32,000 bases of DNA from Trichodesmium erythraeum IMS101 (GCF_000014265.1 NC_008312.1:3210001-3242000); one strand, 5' to 3'; shown: positions 20,557 through 28,691, counted from the first letter of the stretch. Notes: generated from the sequence alone by a model not told the origin. Translations and numbers: made by a program.

Positions 20557-21741
20557 TTATTTACATGAAATAATTTTTTCATAGGCTTGAATGGTTTGTG
20601 TGGCGATCGCTTGCCAACTATAATTATTTTTCGCTAACTCTTGAGCATTCAAACCCCGGCGTTTTCTCTCTGCTTCATCCTGCAAAGCTAATTTCATTAA
20701 AGCAGCCATGTCTTCTGTTTTGCAACCACCAACCCAACCTGCTTCTGCATTTGCTACATCTTGATAAATATAAACTTGGTCTGAAATCACTACGGGGGTA
20801 CCTGCTATCATAGCCTCTGCTACTGCAATACCAAAGTTTTCATAATAAGAAGGTAGTACAAATAAATCAGCAATTCTTAATAAACTTGTCTTTATTTCCC
20901 CTGTAACAAACCCCATTATTTTGGTAAACTTAGCAATAGGTGAAGCCTTTATTTGTGAGTAAATTTGTGCCTCATAATTAGGATCTTGAGGATTTGCACC
21001 TGCTAAGATAAATTGAAAATCTACCCCTTGTGCTAACAATTTTTCTAAAGCAGGTAATAATAAATCTAGTCCTTTTTTTGGTTCAATGCGAGACATAAAT
21101 AAAATTATGGGATGTTTCACTTCTACTCCTTGAGATCGGAGACTATTAACTAAATTTTCATCTTGAATATTCTCTAGAGTATTGACTCCATTGGGAATTA
21201 CTAAGTCTTTTGTAGATAAGCCAAATCTTTCGGAAACTTTTGCCTCTTGTGTTGTGGTAAAATGAAGGGCAGCAGCATGAGCAATATTCCGCTTTTCTAA
21301 GAGAGAAACATAAATTTTTTTGAGTTGTTTTTTCTTGCGTAGATCAGCGGGGTCTAAGGTTCCTAATGGTCTTAAAATATAGGGTAAGTTATTGGTTCTA
21401 GCAACAGTTGCAGCTATGGTTGTTACTGGTGAAAAAAGAGCATGAATATGAGCTAAATCAAATTCAGTAGCGTGTTCATTTAACCATTGTAATAATTGTA
21501 GAGAAAATTTATAACGACGAAACGGAGAACAAGGAAAATAACGAATTTGATAACCATTTTGTTTGACAGGTTTATTGATAGGAACATCTAAGGGTGGCTG
21601 ACCAGTGTCTCCATTAGAATTTGTGGTGAGAATGGTAACATCTATGTTCTGAGTGGCAAGAGCGGTAGAAAGTCCTATAACCATTTGACTCGGACCGCCA
21701 TAAACAAGAGATATAGATGGTAATATTTGTACTATTCGCAT
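20557..21741 (-). CDS. Glycosyltransferase, GT4 (group 1) family
   Basis: GT-B architecture: N-terminal MRIVQILPS..YGGP, C-terminal R.EPKKG.D.LL and E-x7-E region PSYYENFGIAVAEAMIAGTPVV. Confidence 0.85.
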   Translation of the reverse strand: MRIVQILPSISLVYGGPSQMVIGLSTALATQNIDVTILTTNSNGDTGQPPLDVPINKPVKQNGYQIRYFPCSPFRRYKFSLQLLQWLNEHATEFDLAHIHALFSPVTTIAATVARTNNLPYILRPLGTLDPADLRKKKQLKKIYVSLLEKRNIAHAAALHFTTTQEAKVSERFGLSTKDLVIPNGVNTLENIQDENLVNSLRSQGVEVKHPIILFMSRIEPKKGLDLLLPALEKLLAQGVDFQFILAGANPQDPNYEAQIYSQIKASPIAKFTKIMGFVTGEIKTSLLRIADLFVLPSYYENFGIAVAEAMIAGTPVVISDQVYIYQDVANAEAGWVGGCKTEDMAALMKLALQDEAERKRRGLNAQELAKNNYSWQAIATQTIQAYEKIISCK

Positions 21742-21809
21742 AACTTTGTCTGGTTTTTCTATATATATAAATGAAATGCTATATAAAACTGATATAATTC
21801 CAGTGATAT

Positions 21810-22226
21810 CTACTCACTAAGTAGGGTGCACCTAGGGCCTCTGCCAGCTCTTGCGTTTTCTGATGCATAGCAGGCAATAACACTGAGAGCATTACAAGCT
21901 CTGCGATCGCCCCGACGGCAAAAACGTCCTAGGTTCCTTGGGCCGCCACTTTGGTTAATTAGGGCTAAAAAATTACAGGCGCGAGTATTATTTCGCTGTC
22001 GGCAATAATAGTTGATCTGAGCAATGCCTCCTTGAGTGGCAGTGTTAACTAAGTTGCAAGCTCGTGAATTTCCCTCCCCGCAAAGAATGCCTAAGGCCGC
22101 GCAGCTCTGCACATTTCCGTTTTTGTAGCAACTTTCGTAAAAGTTGTTAAGTTGATTTGATTTTGCAGGTAATATTACGGATAGGAGTGTAGCAACACTA
22201 AGCATTCCCAGAAATATCCATTTCAT
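21810..22226 (-). CDS. Secreted cysteine-rich repeat protein (hypothetical)
   Basis: Start taken at the ATG at 22226, giving MKWIFLGMLSVATLLSVILPAKS (signal-peptide-like). The mature part has four repeats ending in ..(S/R)xxACN.L.. No recognised family. Confidence 0.45.
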   Translation of the reverse strand: MKWIFLGMLSVATLLSVILPAKSNQLNNFYESCYKNGNVQSCAALGILCGEGNSRACNLVNTATQGGIAQINYYCRQRNNTRACNFLALINQSGGPRNLGRFCRRGDRRACNALSVIACYASENARAGRGPRCTLLSE

Positions 22227-22317
22227 ATTTGATAACTGAACTATTTGGATGTGCTCTGAGCATAATAACATGAAAATATGGTTGCTTCCATAGAATTTTT
22301 CATTGGTTCACCCTAAA

Positions 22318-22565
22318 GTTTATTACTTTGTAGCTTGGCTTGAGGTCACTAAACCCAAAAAAGCTAGATAATACCGCTGCAGCAGGAAATTTCAGGAAAA
22401 AGAAAAACAGGGTACACAGCAAAAGGGGAAAGGATAAAAGGTTTATTACTTTGTAGTTTGGGTTGAGTTCGCCAAACCCAACAAAGATAGATAATACTGT
22501 CGCTGCAGGAAATTTCAGGAAAAAGAAAAACAGGGTAAAGGGCTGAAGGGGAAAAGAGAAAAGGG
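22318..22565 (-). repeat. Two tandem ~124-bp units (22318-22440, 22441-22565) directly 3' of the stand-alone FGS gene; a partial third copy lies 3' of the 892-aa gene (about 23916-23968)
   Basis: Direct alignment: both units start gtttattactttgtag and share ggaaatttcaggaaaaagaaaaacagggta. They are roughly 80-85% identical by eye. On the sense (minus) strand each unit starts with a pyrimidine-rich tract cccttttc.cttttcccctt and contains a ttgggtt..aacccaa hairpin. Confidence 0.85.
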
Positions 22566-22697
22566 TTAAAGAGTTCTCCCGCCGTCGCAGACTACACGAA
22601 AACCGATAACGTCGTAGTGGACGTCGCGCCCAGCAGAGTTGTAGCGAATCGCAGAACGGCAATCATTAGGAATGTTGACCCAGGAACCGCCCCGCAG
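22566..22697 (-). other. Candidate DGR variable region (VR-B), including the stop codon
   Basis: See the DGR finding. Gapless 132-nt alignment with 23969-24100, with mismatches concentrated in codon positions 1-2 of NNY codons. Confidence 0.6.
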
Positions 22698-23411
22698 CGG
22701 TGAACGTTTTTTATTTCCATTTAGCCAAACACTGCCATCTGTAGGAGCATTTTCATAATTATCATGCCACTCATCAGCACACCATTCCCAGACATTCCCG
22801 TGCATATCGCTCAACCCAAAAGAATTAGCTACTTTAAAATAACCTACAGGTGTAGTTTCCTGACGATATTCTCCTTTGAGTCCTCTGCCGTAAGAACCTT
22901 CATCGCCTGTCCCGTCATAGTTGGCTAAGTCTGTAGTAATAGTTTCTCCAAAATGAAAGGGAGTTGTAGTTCCAGCACGACAGGCATATTCCCATTCAGC
23001 TTCCCTTGGTAGTCTATAATTTCTTCGAGTTAGTTTTGAAAGTCGTTGGCAGAATTCTACTGCTTCGTACCAATTCACTCGCTCTACTGGTCTTTGCCAT
23101 CTATCTATATCTTGGTACGGTTTTTTAAAGTAAGATGGATCTGGGTCTAAATCTTGTTTTTCTTTCAGGTCTGCTCGGGAGGCGATCGCTCTCCACTGTC
23201 CTTGAGTAACAGGATAACGGCCCATGAGAAACTCGGAGATAGTTACATTATGTTGGGGTCTTTCATTATTTCTACTTCCTTCTTCAGATTTTGGTGCGCC
23301 CATTGTAAAGGTGCCACTAGGAATTAAAAACATTTCCAGAGGCACCTCAGCATATTCTCTGTAACCTCGAATTTTTTGTTTTTGACGTTTTATGATAGGT
23401 GTTGTCGCCAT
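22566..23411 (-). CDS. Stand-alone FGE-sulfatase (SUMF1/EgtB/PvdO-type, FGS) domain protein
   Basis: 281 aa. Motifs IPSGTFTMG, RPQH.V....F.MG.YPVTQGQW, YRLP.EAEWEYACRAG, HGNVWEWC, LRGGSW, GFRVV. Roughly 75% identical by eye to the C-terminal domain of the 892-aa protein. Confidence 0.9.
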   Translation of the reverse strand: MATTPIIKRQKQKIRGYREYAEVPLEMFLIPSGTFTMGAPKSEEGSRNNERPQHNVTISEFLMGRYPVTQGQWRAIASRADLKEKQDLDPDPSYFKKPYQDIDRWQRPVERVNWYEAVEFCQRLSKLTRRNYRLPREAEWEYACRAGTTTPFHFGETITTDLANYDGTGDEGSYGRGLKGEYRQETTPVGYFKVANSFGLSDMHGNVWEWCADEWHDNYENAPTDGSVWLNGNKKRSPLRGGSWVNIPNDCRSAIRYNSAGRDVHYDVIGFRVVCDGGRTL

Positions 23412-23888
23412 GTAACTACTTTTGCAAATGTTGGGGGGGCTGAAGGAATTTTCAGTTTTACTCTATGTTGCTTAAAGTTTCCTCACCTAATTTTACCTTG
23501 AAGATAATCTTTTTGCAATTTTTTTAGTCTTTTTCTTCCAGGATGGAGATCACTGTTTCTAACTCAAATTGTTTGAGGAAAAACTCTAGAGTCTAGAAAT
23601 ATAGACTTAGGTTTAAATGCTTTTTATACGGTACAGAAATTGTTTGCAAACCTGTACAGAAGAGCAGGGAATTTACTCACCCCCAACCCCGACGTGGAGG
23701 GAAGGTCAAATTATTAGTCGTTATATCTCCGACTATAAATTTATGACTTTTGGGGAATCTTTCAATTATTGGGACATAGTATTTGACTAAATCATAGGTT
23801 TTTTGGACAACTGATAATTCTTTCATTTTTTTTTACTTTAGGGTTTTGTCATTTGTCGAAAATTTAAGACACTTGACACTTGGACATC

Positions 23889-23914
23889 AAAAAAATTTTT
23901 CCCGCTTCGCGGGA
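23889..23914 (-). terminator. Putative intrinsic terminator of the 892-aa gene
   Basis: Minus strand reads tcccgc-gaa-gcggga, followed by aaaa and then ttttttt. This is a 6-bp GC-rich stem (23900-23914) about 55 nt after the stop codon. Confidence 0.5.
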
Positions 23915-23968
23915 GGTAAAGGAAAAAGAAACATAGTGTAAAGGGCAAAAGGGGAAAAGGGAAAAGGG

Positions 23969-24100
23969 TTAAAGAGTTCTCCCGCCATCGCAGACAAGAC
24001 GAAAACCATCATAGCTGACGTGGACGTCGCGCCTAAGATAGCCGCTGCGAACCGCAGAACGGCAATCAATAGGAGAGTTGCACCAAGAACCGCCCCGCAG
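23969..24100 (-). other. Candidate DGR variable region (VR-A), including the stop codon
   Basis: See the DGR finding. Pairs with 22566-22697. Confidence 0.6.
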
Positions 24101-26647
24101 ACGGGTATAACTATCAGTAGAACTGTCTTCGTTACTATCAACCCAAGCGCTTCCATCTGTAGGAGCTCCCACATAGTTATCATGGCTATCATCAGCACAC
24201 CATTCCCACACGTTTCCATGCATATCATATAATCCAAAAGCATTAGCAGGAAATTGGCCTACAGGAGTTGTTTGTTTTTTATATTCTCCTTTGGGCCCAT
24301 CGCCGTAAGTAATATTACCATCATAGTTAACTAACTCAGGTGTTATAGTTTCTCCAAAGTAGAAAGGTGTAGTAGTTCCTGCCCGACAGGCATATTCCCA
24401 TTCTGCTTCACTGGGCAACCTGTACTTTTTTCCAGTTAATTTCGATAGTCTTTTACAAAATTCTACTGCTTTGTACCAACTCACCGTCTCAACTGGCCTT
24501 TGCCATCTATCTATACCTTTATATGGTTTTTTAAAACGAGATGGATCTGGGTTTAGGTCTTCTTTTTCTTTCAGGTCTGTTCGGGAGGCGATCGCTCTCC
24601 ACTGTCCTTGAGTAACGGGATATTTGCCCATAAAAAAGGAAGGGACAGTCACATCATGTTGGGGGCGTTCATCATCATAGCTACCTTCTTCACTTTTAGG
24701 GGAACCCATAGTAAAAGTACCACTAGGAATAGCCACCATTTCTAGACTAACGTTATCTGGAAGGCTTTGAGTAAAGTAAAAAGCTTTATGAATTGTTCTT
24801 TCGACAATTTTACCCAGCCTGTTAACAGTAGGAGTTTCAAAACTCCACTCTTGTAATTCTATTTCAACTTCCTTAGTTTCTTCTTCAAAAACAATAGTAG
24901 CAATTTCAATTTCAGTTTCAAACTCAATTAAATCTTTTATTTCATTAGTAGAACCAGTATTAGAAGCTCTTATTTGATTAGCAAAATAAGCATAAGAACC
25001 CCCTAATTTCTCCAATACTTCTGCCTGAACTTGAGCTAAAGGATAAACCTGTTTAGCTAGCTTATTCTCAGGTTTTGAAGAATCTATCAACAGAGCTTCA
25101 AATTCTTTGGGACTTATTCCCATTTTCTCAGCTAAATAAGAAGATACTTCCTCAATAACATCGGTAATTTCATCAACAGTTAACCCACTCAATAGTTCAT
25201 CCCGCACCCCATCAAAAAACTCAAATTCGATTTCATCTGGATTAATATTAGGGGTGATTTTTTCACTTAAAGGTTTAAATAACCCTCCCATTAATACTTC
25301 TGCCACATGACCTTGGTTGAACTGAGGAAGCATAGTATATTGAATTACTCTAATCACAGGTAAAGTAACAAGAACTGCGGAGAGATGTTCAGCTAGTCTA
25401 ACGGCATTAGGTGAGGCAATTTCTTGAAACCTTTCTACTCTTTCGGTAGCCGTAATTTCTTCTTGAACAAAGTTAGAATAACGATGATTATCAGGCTTAA
25501 TTCCATAACCAACAGACTGATTATTTCCTACTCCCATTAATAATTTTGACCATTCTTCTAAAATATTAGGGTCAAGACAAAGGACGGGTAATTTAAATTC
25601 TCCATCTTGAGAAATTTCTTGTTTTTTTGAACTAGGAATAATAGTTAAATTCTGATTAGAAGTAAGACGAACAGAAGCATTTAATTTTAAAGACTTTTGT
25701 TGACCAAGATTAGTGCGGAGCCACAAACGTTCTGGTAGAAGCTGCAATAAATTTACCATCCCTTTTCGCCCCCACTCCTGCAAAAGAGTATAGGTTTCTG
25801 GGCGAGACCAAACAGAAGAAACTAGATCGCTTACTAATAGAATTAAAGTTTTTCCACTGGTAGCCCCAATAAATTCTGGAGAGTAGGGACGCATCTGAGG
25901 ATCATCGTAGTGGAAAATTTCAATCCTTTGGTTTTGAGAGGATAAAATCAAAAATAGTATAAATTCAGGAGATACCCTAACAATAAGTTTAAACAACAAT
26001 TCCTGATGTAATAGTTGAGAAGAATTAAATTTTAATCCCCTAGTTTCAGTATGACGAAAAATCCCCAAACTTTGGAGAAATTTCCTCAACTCTTTAATAG
26101 TTTGTTTCCAAATTACGAGGGAGTTATTTACTTCTATAACCAATACTAAATCTAGCCAACGACGGGTTAAAGTTGGTTGTTTAATGGGCATCCAAATCTT
26201 TTGTTCGACAAAAAAATCAATAGTTTTAGCTTCGTTTAATTCCTGTTCTGTTGAGGATGGAAATTTTCGGCGTAAAGATTTTAAAGCAATACCAAGCTCC
26301 TGTTTATTGGGAATAGCTGGAGCATCGGGAACTTGTAGAGGGTAACGTTCCTTTTTATTATTGTCTGTTTTAGGTAAATATTTATCAGCAGCAGCTTTCG
26401 GATAAAGATCTAAATTTGTTTTTGCTGGAAGTTCAGGAATATTAACTTTTAAATTTCGTCTATTTTTCTCTGAGTAAATTTGATTGTTTGATTCAGATCC
26501 TTGAGCATCTTTTTTATCAGTTTCTAATAATTCTAATTCTCCATCCGGCAAAGTTTTTACCCATAACCAAATTATTTCTGCTATTTCTCTAGCAGTTGGG
26601 TCATAATTAGCTTTTTGTAATCCTTCTATGAAGTTAGAAATCGACAT
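23969..26647 (-). CDS. Multidomain protein: N-terminal helical domain, vWA-like domain with degenerate MIDAS, linker, C-terminal FGE-sulfatase (FGS) domain
   Basis: 892 aa. N-terminus FIEGLQKANYDPTAREIAEIIWLWV. ALKSLRRKFPSS.EQELNEAKTIDFF...RRWLDLVLVIEVNNSLVIW and TLILLVSD (about nt 25718-26245) parallel the vWA-like region of the 841-aa protein. The last ~260 aa (about 23972-24750) form a full FGS domain. Confidence 0.8.
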   Translation of the reverse strand: MSISNFIEGLQKANYDPTAREIAEIIWLWVKTLPDGELELLETDKKDAQGSESNNQIYSEKNRRNLKVNIPELPAKTNLDLYPKAAADKYLPKTDNNKKERYPLQVPDAPAIPNKQELGIALKSLRRKFPSSTEQELNEAKTIDFFVEQKIWMPIKQPTLTRRWLDLVLVIEVNNSLVIWKQTIKELRKFLQSLGIFRHTETRGLKFNSSQLLHQELLFKLIVRVSPEFILFLILSSQNQRIEIFHYDDPQMRPYSPEFIGATSGKTLILLVSDLVSSVWSRPETYTLLQEWGRKGMVNLLQLLPERLWLRTNLGQQKSLKLNASVRLTSNQNLTIIPSSKKQEISQDGEFKLPVLCLDPNILEEWSKLLMGVGNNQSVGYGIKPDNHRYSNFVQEEITATERVERFQEIASPNAVRLAEHLSAVLVTLPVIRVIQYTMLPQFNQGHVAEVLMGGLFKPLSEKITPNINPDEIEFEFFDGVRDELLSGLTVDEITDVIEEVSSYLAEKMGISPKEFEALLIDSSKPENKLAKQVYPLAQVQAEVLEKLGGSYAYFANQIRASNTGSTNEIKDLIEFETEIEIATIVFEEETKEVEIELQEWSFETPTVNRLGKIVERTIHKAFYFTQSLPDNVSLEMVAIPSGTFTMGSPKSEEGSYDDERPQHDVTVPSFFMGKYPVTQGQWRAIASRTDLKEKEDLNPDPSRFKKPYKGIDRWQRPVETVSWYKAVEFCKRLSKLTGKKYRLPSEAEWEYACRAGTTTPFYFGETITPELVNYDGNITYGDGPKGEYKKQTTPVGQFPANAFGLYDMHGNVWEWCADDSHDNYVGAPTDGSAWVDSNEDSSTDSYTRLRGGSWCNSPIDCRSAVRSGYLRRDVHVSYDGFRLVCDGGRTL

Positions 26648-26803
26648 TAGGCCTTAGGTTTTAGGTGGCAGGTGTTAGTATGCAGTCCGAGCGCTCCCCC
26701 CTCGAACTGCACCCCAACATTTCTCAATAAGCGTTTTCTTTTTGTTGAAATATTCTTCAGTTGCAGAATGCAAAACCCCTTCTATATATAGCTTTTAATT
26801 AGC

Positions 26804-27550
26804 TTATAACCCCGTGAACATTAACAGACTCCTTTGTTCCCAGAGAAGAAAAAGACCACTGAAAATCACAAAAGCAGTTACTAATTGACGGAACAGCTGA
26901 GGACTAATTTTTTCTAATACTAAATGACCCAACCTATTTCCTGGATAAGCAGCTACTCCTATGAGTATCCCATATCCCAAATAAGGTAAAGTTAAATTAC
27001 CAAAAATTGCATAAGTAATTGCCTTAAAAATATGAACTACCATCCGGTTAACTGCTTGAGTTCCCAATAATTCTTCTTTTTCCAAACCATAATTCAGGTA
27101 AAATGGTGCAAGTAAGGGTCCCATACTACCAATAATTCCTGATAAAAAGGAATAAATAAAACCTGCAGGCAAAAAATACCATGCACGAACAGTAAAAGAT
27201 TTTTCTTGATTTTTAATAATTAAATTTATCCCAGAGATCAATAGAAATAATCCTACTAAAAAACTGAGCCATCTGACAGGAATTTGAGTGAAAATAAAAG
27301 CCCCTAAACAACCACCAAAAATAGCACCAGGTAGTTCCCACAAAATGACAGTCCAGTTAATTTTTTGCCAATAAGCAAAAACACGTTCAGCGTTACCAAG
27401 AATTCCTCCAGTCGTAATGACTGGTGGAATAGCTATAGTTCCTAAAAATAAACCTACTATTGGCATTAAGAGAAAGGAACTACCCCCACCTGCTAGGTTG
27501 CTGACAAACCATCCAACCATACTTGCTAATGCTAACCAGAGATTGGTCAT
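26804..27550 (-). CDS. TauE/SafE (DUF81, TSUP) family anion-exporter-like membrane protein
   Basis: 248 aa, about 7-8 hydrophobic helices, two-fold internal symmetry. Glycine-rich first helix with GGGSSFLLMPIV, typical of the family. Confidence 0.75.
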   Translation of the reverse strand: MTNLWLALASMVGWFVSNLAGGGSSFLLMPIVGLFLGTIAIPPVITTGGILGNAERVFAYWQKINWTVILWELPGAIFGGCLGAFIFTQIPVRWLSFLVGLFLLISGINLIIKNQEKSFTVRAWYFLPAGFIYSFLSGIIGSMGPLLAPFYLNYGLEKEELLGTQAVNRMVVHIFKAITYAIFGNLTLPYLGYGILIGVAAYPGNRLGHLVLEKISPQLFRQLVTAFVIFSGLFLLWEQRSLLMFTGL

Positions 27551-27752
27551 ATTACTTGATTAAGTTATAATTTTTTACTATAGTTCCTTTTTAGCTTAAA
27601 TTTCTGAATTTTAAATATCAACTAAAATTCAGAAATTATCTTTAGAATTTGCCCATAGAAACATTTAGTTAATTTAGTAGTTTCTAAAGAACAAATCTCA
27701 ACAAAATTAATTCAGAAAAAAATTTACCGTCCTCCCTGTATCAGACAGTAAG

Positions 27753-28223
27753 CTATTCATAAAATAATCCTTCTATTGGCACACCATCTTCATGTTTATT
27801 TTCCTTAGATTTTCCTGGTAATGAATTACCATCAACACCTATACGATGAACTGGAAGTTTGTCTTTTTCTGCGCCTACCCGTAACAAGACAAGAGGTTCA
27901 TCTCCACAACTTTGAAACTTATAAAAGCATCCTCTGGGAAGCATAATACCTTGATTTATAGAAAAGACACCAACTTCACCATCTTTGCCAAAAAATCTGG
28001 CTTTTCCTGCTAAAACAATAAAAGTATGATCCTCTCCTGGATGAGAGTGCAAAACATTTTCTCCTCCTTGAGCGTAACATTTAATTCTCACGCTCATTAA
28101 ATCAGTTTTCGCAATAGTATAGTCGCTCCGGCCTTTACTCAAAAGCTGGGTTTTAAGTTGAAAAACTTGTGGTTCTAGACTTTGATTGGAGGATTTTTCT
28201 ATGGTTTCTTGATTAGCAATCAT
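27753..28223 (-). CDS. Cupin-domain protein
   Basis: Cupin motif 1 G-x5-HxH-x3,4-E (GGENVLHSHPGEDH) followed by a beta-rich region with a second motif-like segment (G..P.G..Y.F). 156 aa. Confidence 0.7.
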   Translation of the reverse strand: MIANQETIEKSSNQSLEPQVFQLKTQLLSKGRSDYTIAKTDLMSVRIKCYAQGGENVLHSHPGEDHTFIVLAGKARFFGKDGEVGVFSINQGIMLPRGCFYKFQSCGDEPLVLLRVGAEKDKLPVHRIGVDGNSLPGKSKENKHEDGVPIEGLFYE

Positions 28224-28510
28224 AAGAGATTTTTAAAATAAAAATTAATACAAATTCCTAACTATTAATTATACATACCCTGTCCCCAATATCCGAAAAT
28301 ATCCTAGAATATCTTTATAATCATCCAAGAGAGACAAAATTATAACTATAACTTACTTAGACATTATATGAGAATGCAGTTGCTGTTTGTGCCTGGTTAA
28401 TAATTTTTACTTTTTGAAGTGCCTATAAAGTGAGAATTTTTATTCTGGCTCCATCCCAATAAAAGTGGTTTATAAAATTTTTTTGTAGTCAAATAACTTC
28501 CTAAATATTT

Positions 28511-28605
28511 AGGTTTTAGGTGTTAGGTTTTAGGTTTTAGGCGGCAGGTTTTAAGCGGCAGGTTTTAGGCGGCAGGTTTTAGGCGGCAGGTTTTGGGTTT
28601 TAGGT
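28511..28605. repeat. Heptamer tandem array, 13.5 units (AGGTTTT alternating with AGGCGGC/AGGTGTT); STRR-like
   Basis: Read directly: aggtttt aggtgtt aggtttt aggtttt aggcggc aggtttt aagcggc aggtttt aggcggc aggtttt aggcggc aggtttt gggtttt aggt. A 3-unit copy (aggtttt aggtggc aggtgtt) lies at 26656-26676. Confidence 0.95.
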
Positions 28606-28691
28606 ATCATCATAAATTTGAAATTGGAGGTAAGAGCTTAGTTAGATGAATTTTAAAATTAGAACTTATAACTAATAATTAGTAATTAACT

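Noticed and set aside
22300-22662. 120-aa ORF on the minus strand overlapping the end of the stand-alone FGS gene
   Set aside because: Its sequence is just the translation of the two tandem ~124-bp repeat units (LFFFFLKFPAA.VLS appears twice). It runs out of frame into the FGS gene. It is a repeat artefact, not a gene.
23887-24243. 118-aa minus-strand ORF and 70-aa plus-strand ORF (24020-24232) overlapping the 3' end of the 892-aa gene
   Set aside because: These are alternative-frame or antisense read-throughs of a region fully explained by the well-supported FGS domain. They have no start context or family resemblance.
22566-28223. Idea that cupin + TauE ('sulfite exporter') + 'sulfatase-modifying-factor' domains form a sulfur-metabolism operon
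   Set aside because: The link rests on family names only. The FGS domains here sit on vWA-type scaffolds and carry VR-like hypervariable C-termini, which points to ligand binding rather than FGE or EgtB catalysis. The cupin has no diagnostic cysteine-dioxygenase features that I can see.
28511-28605. Possible CRISPR array
   Set aside because: Units are 7/14 nt and contiguous, with no unique spacers, and there are no cas genes. It is an STRR-like microsatellite, not a CRISPR.
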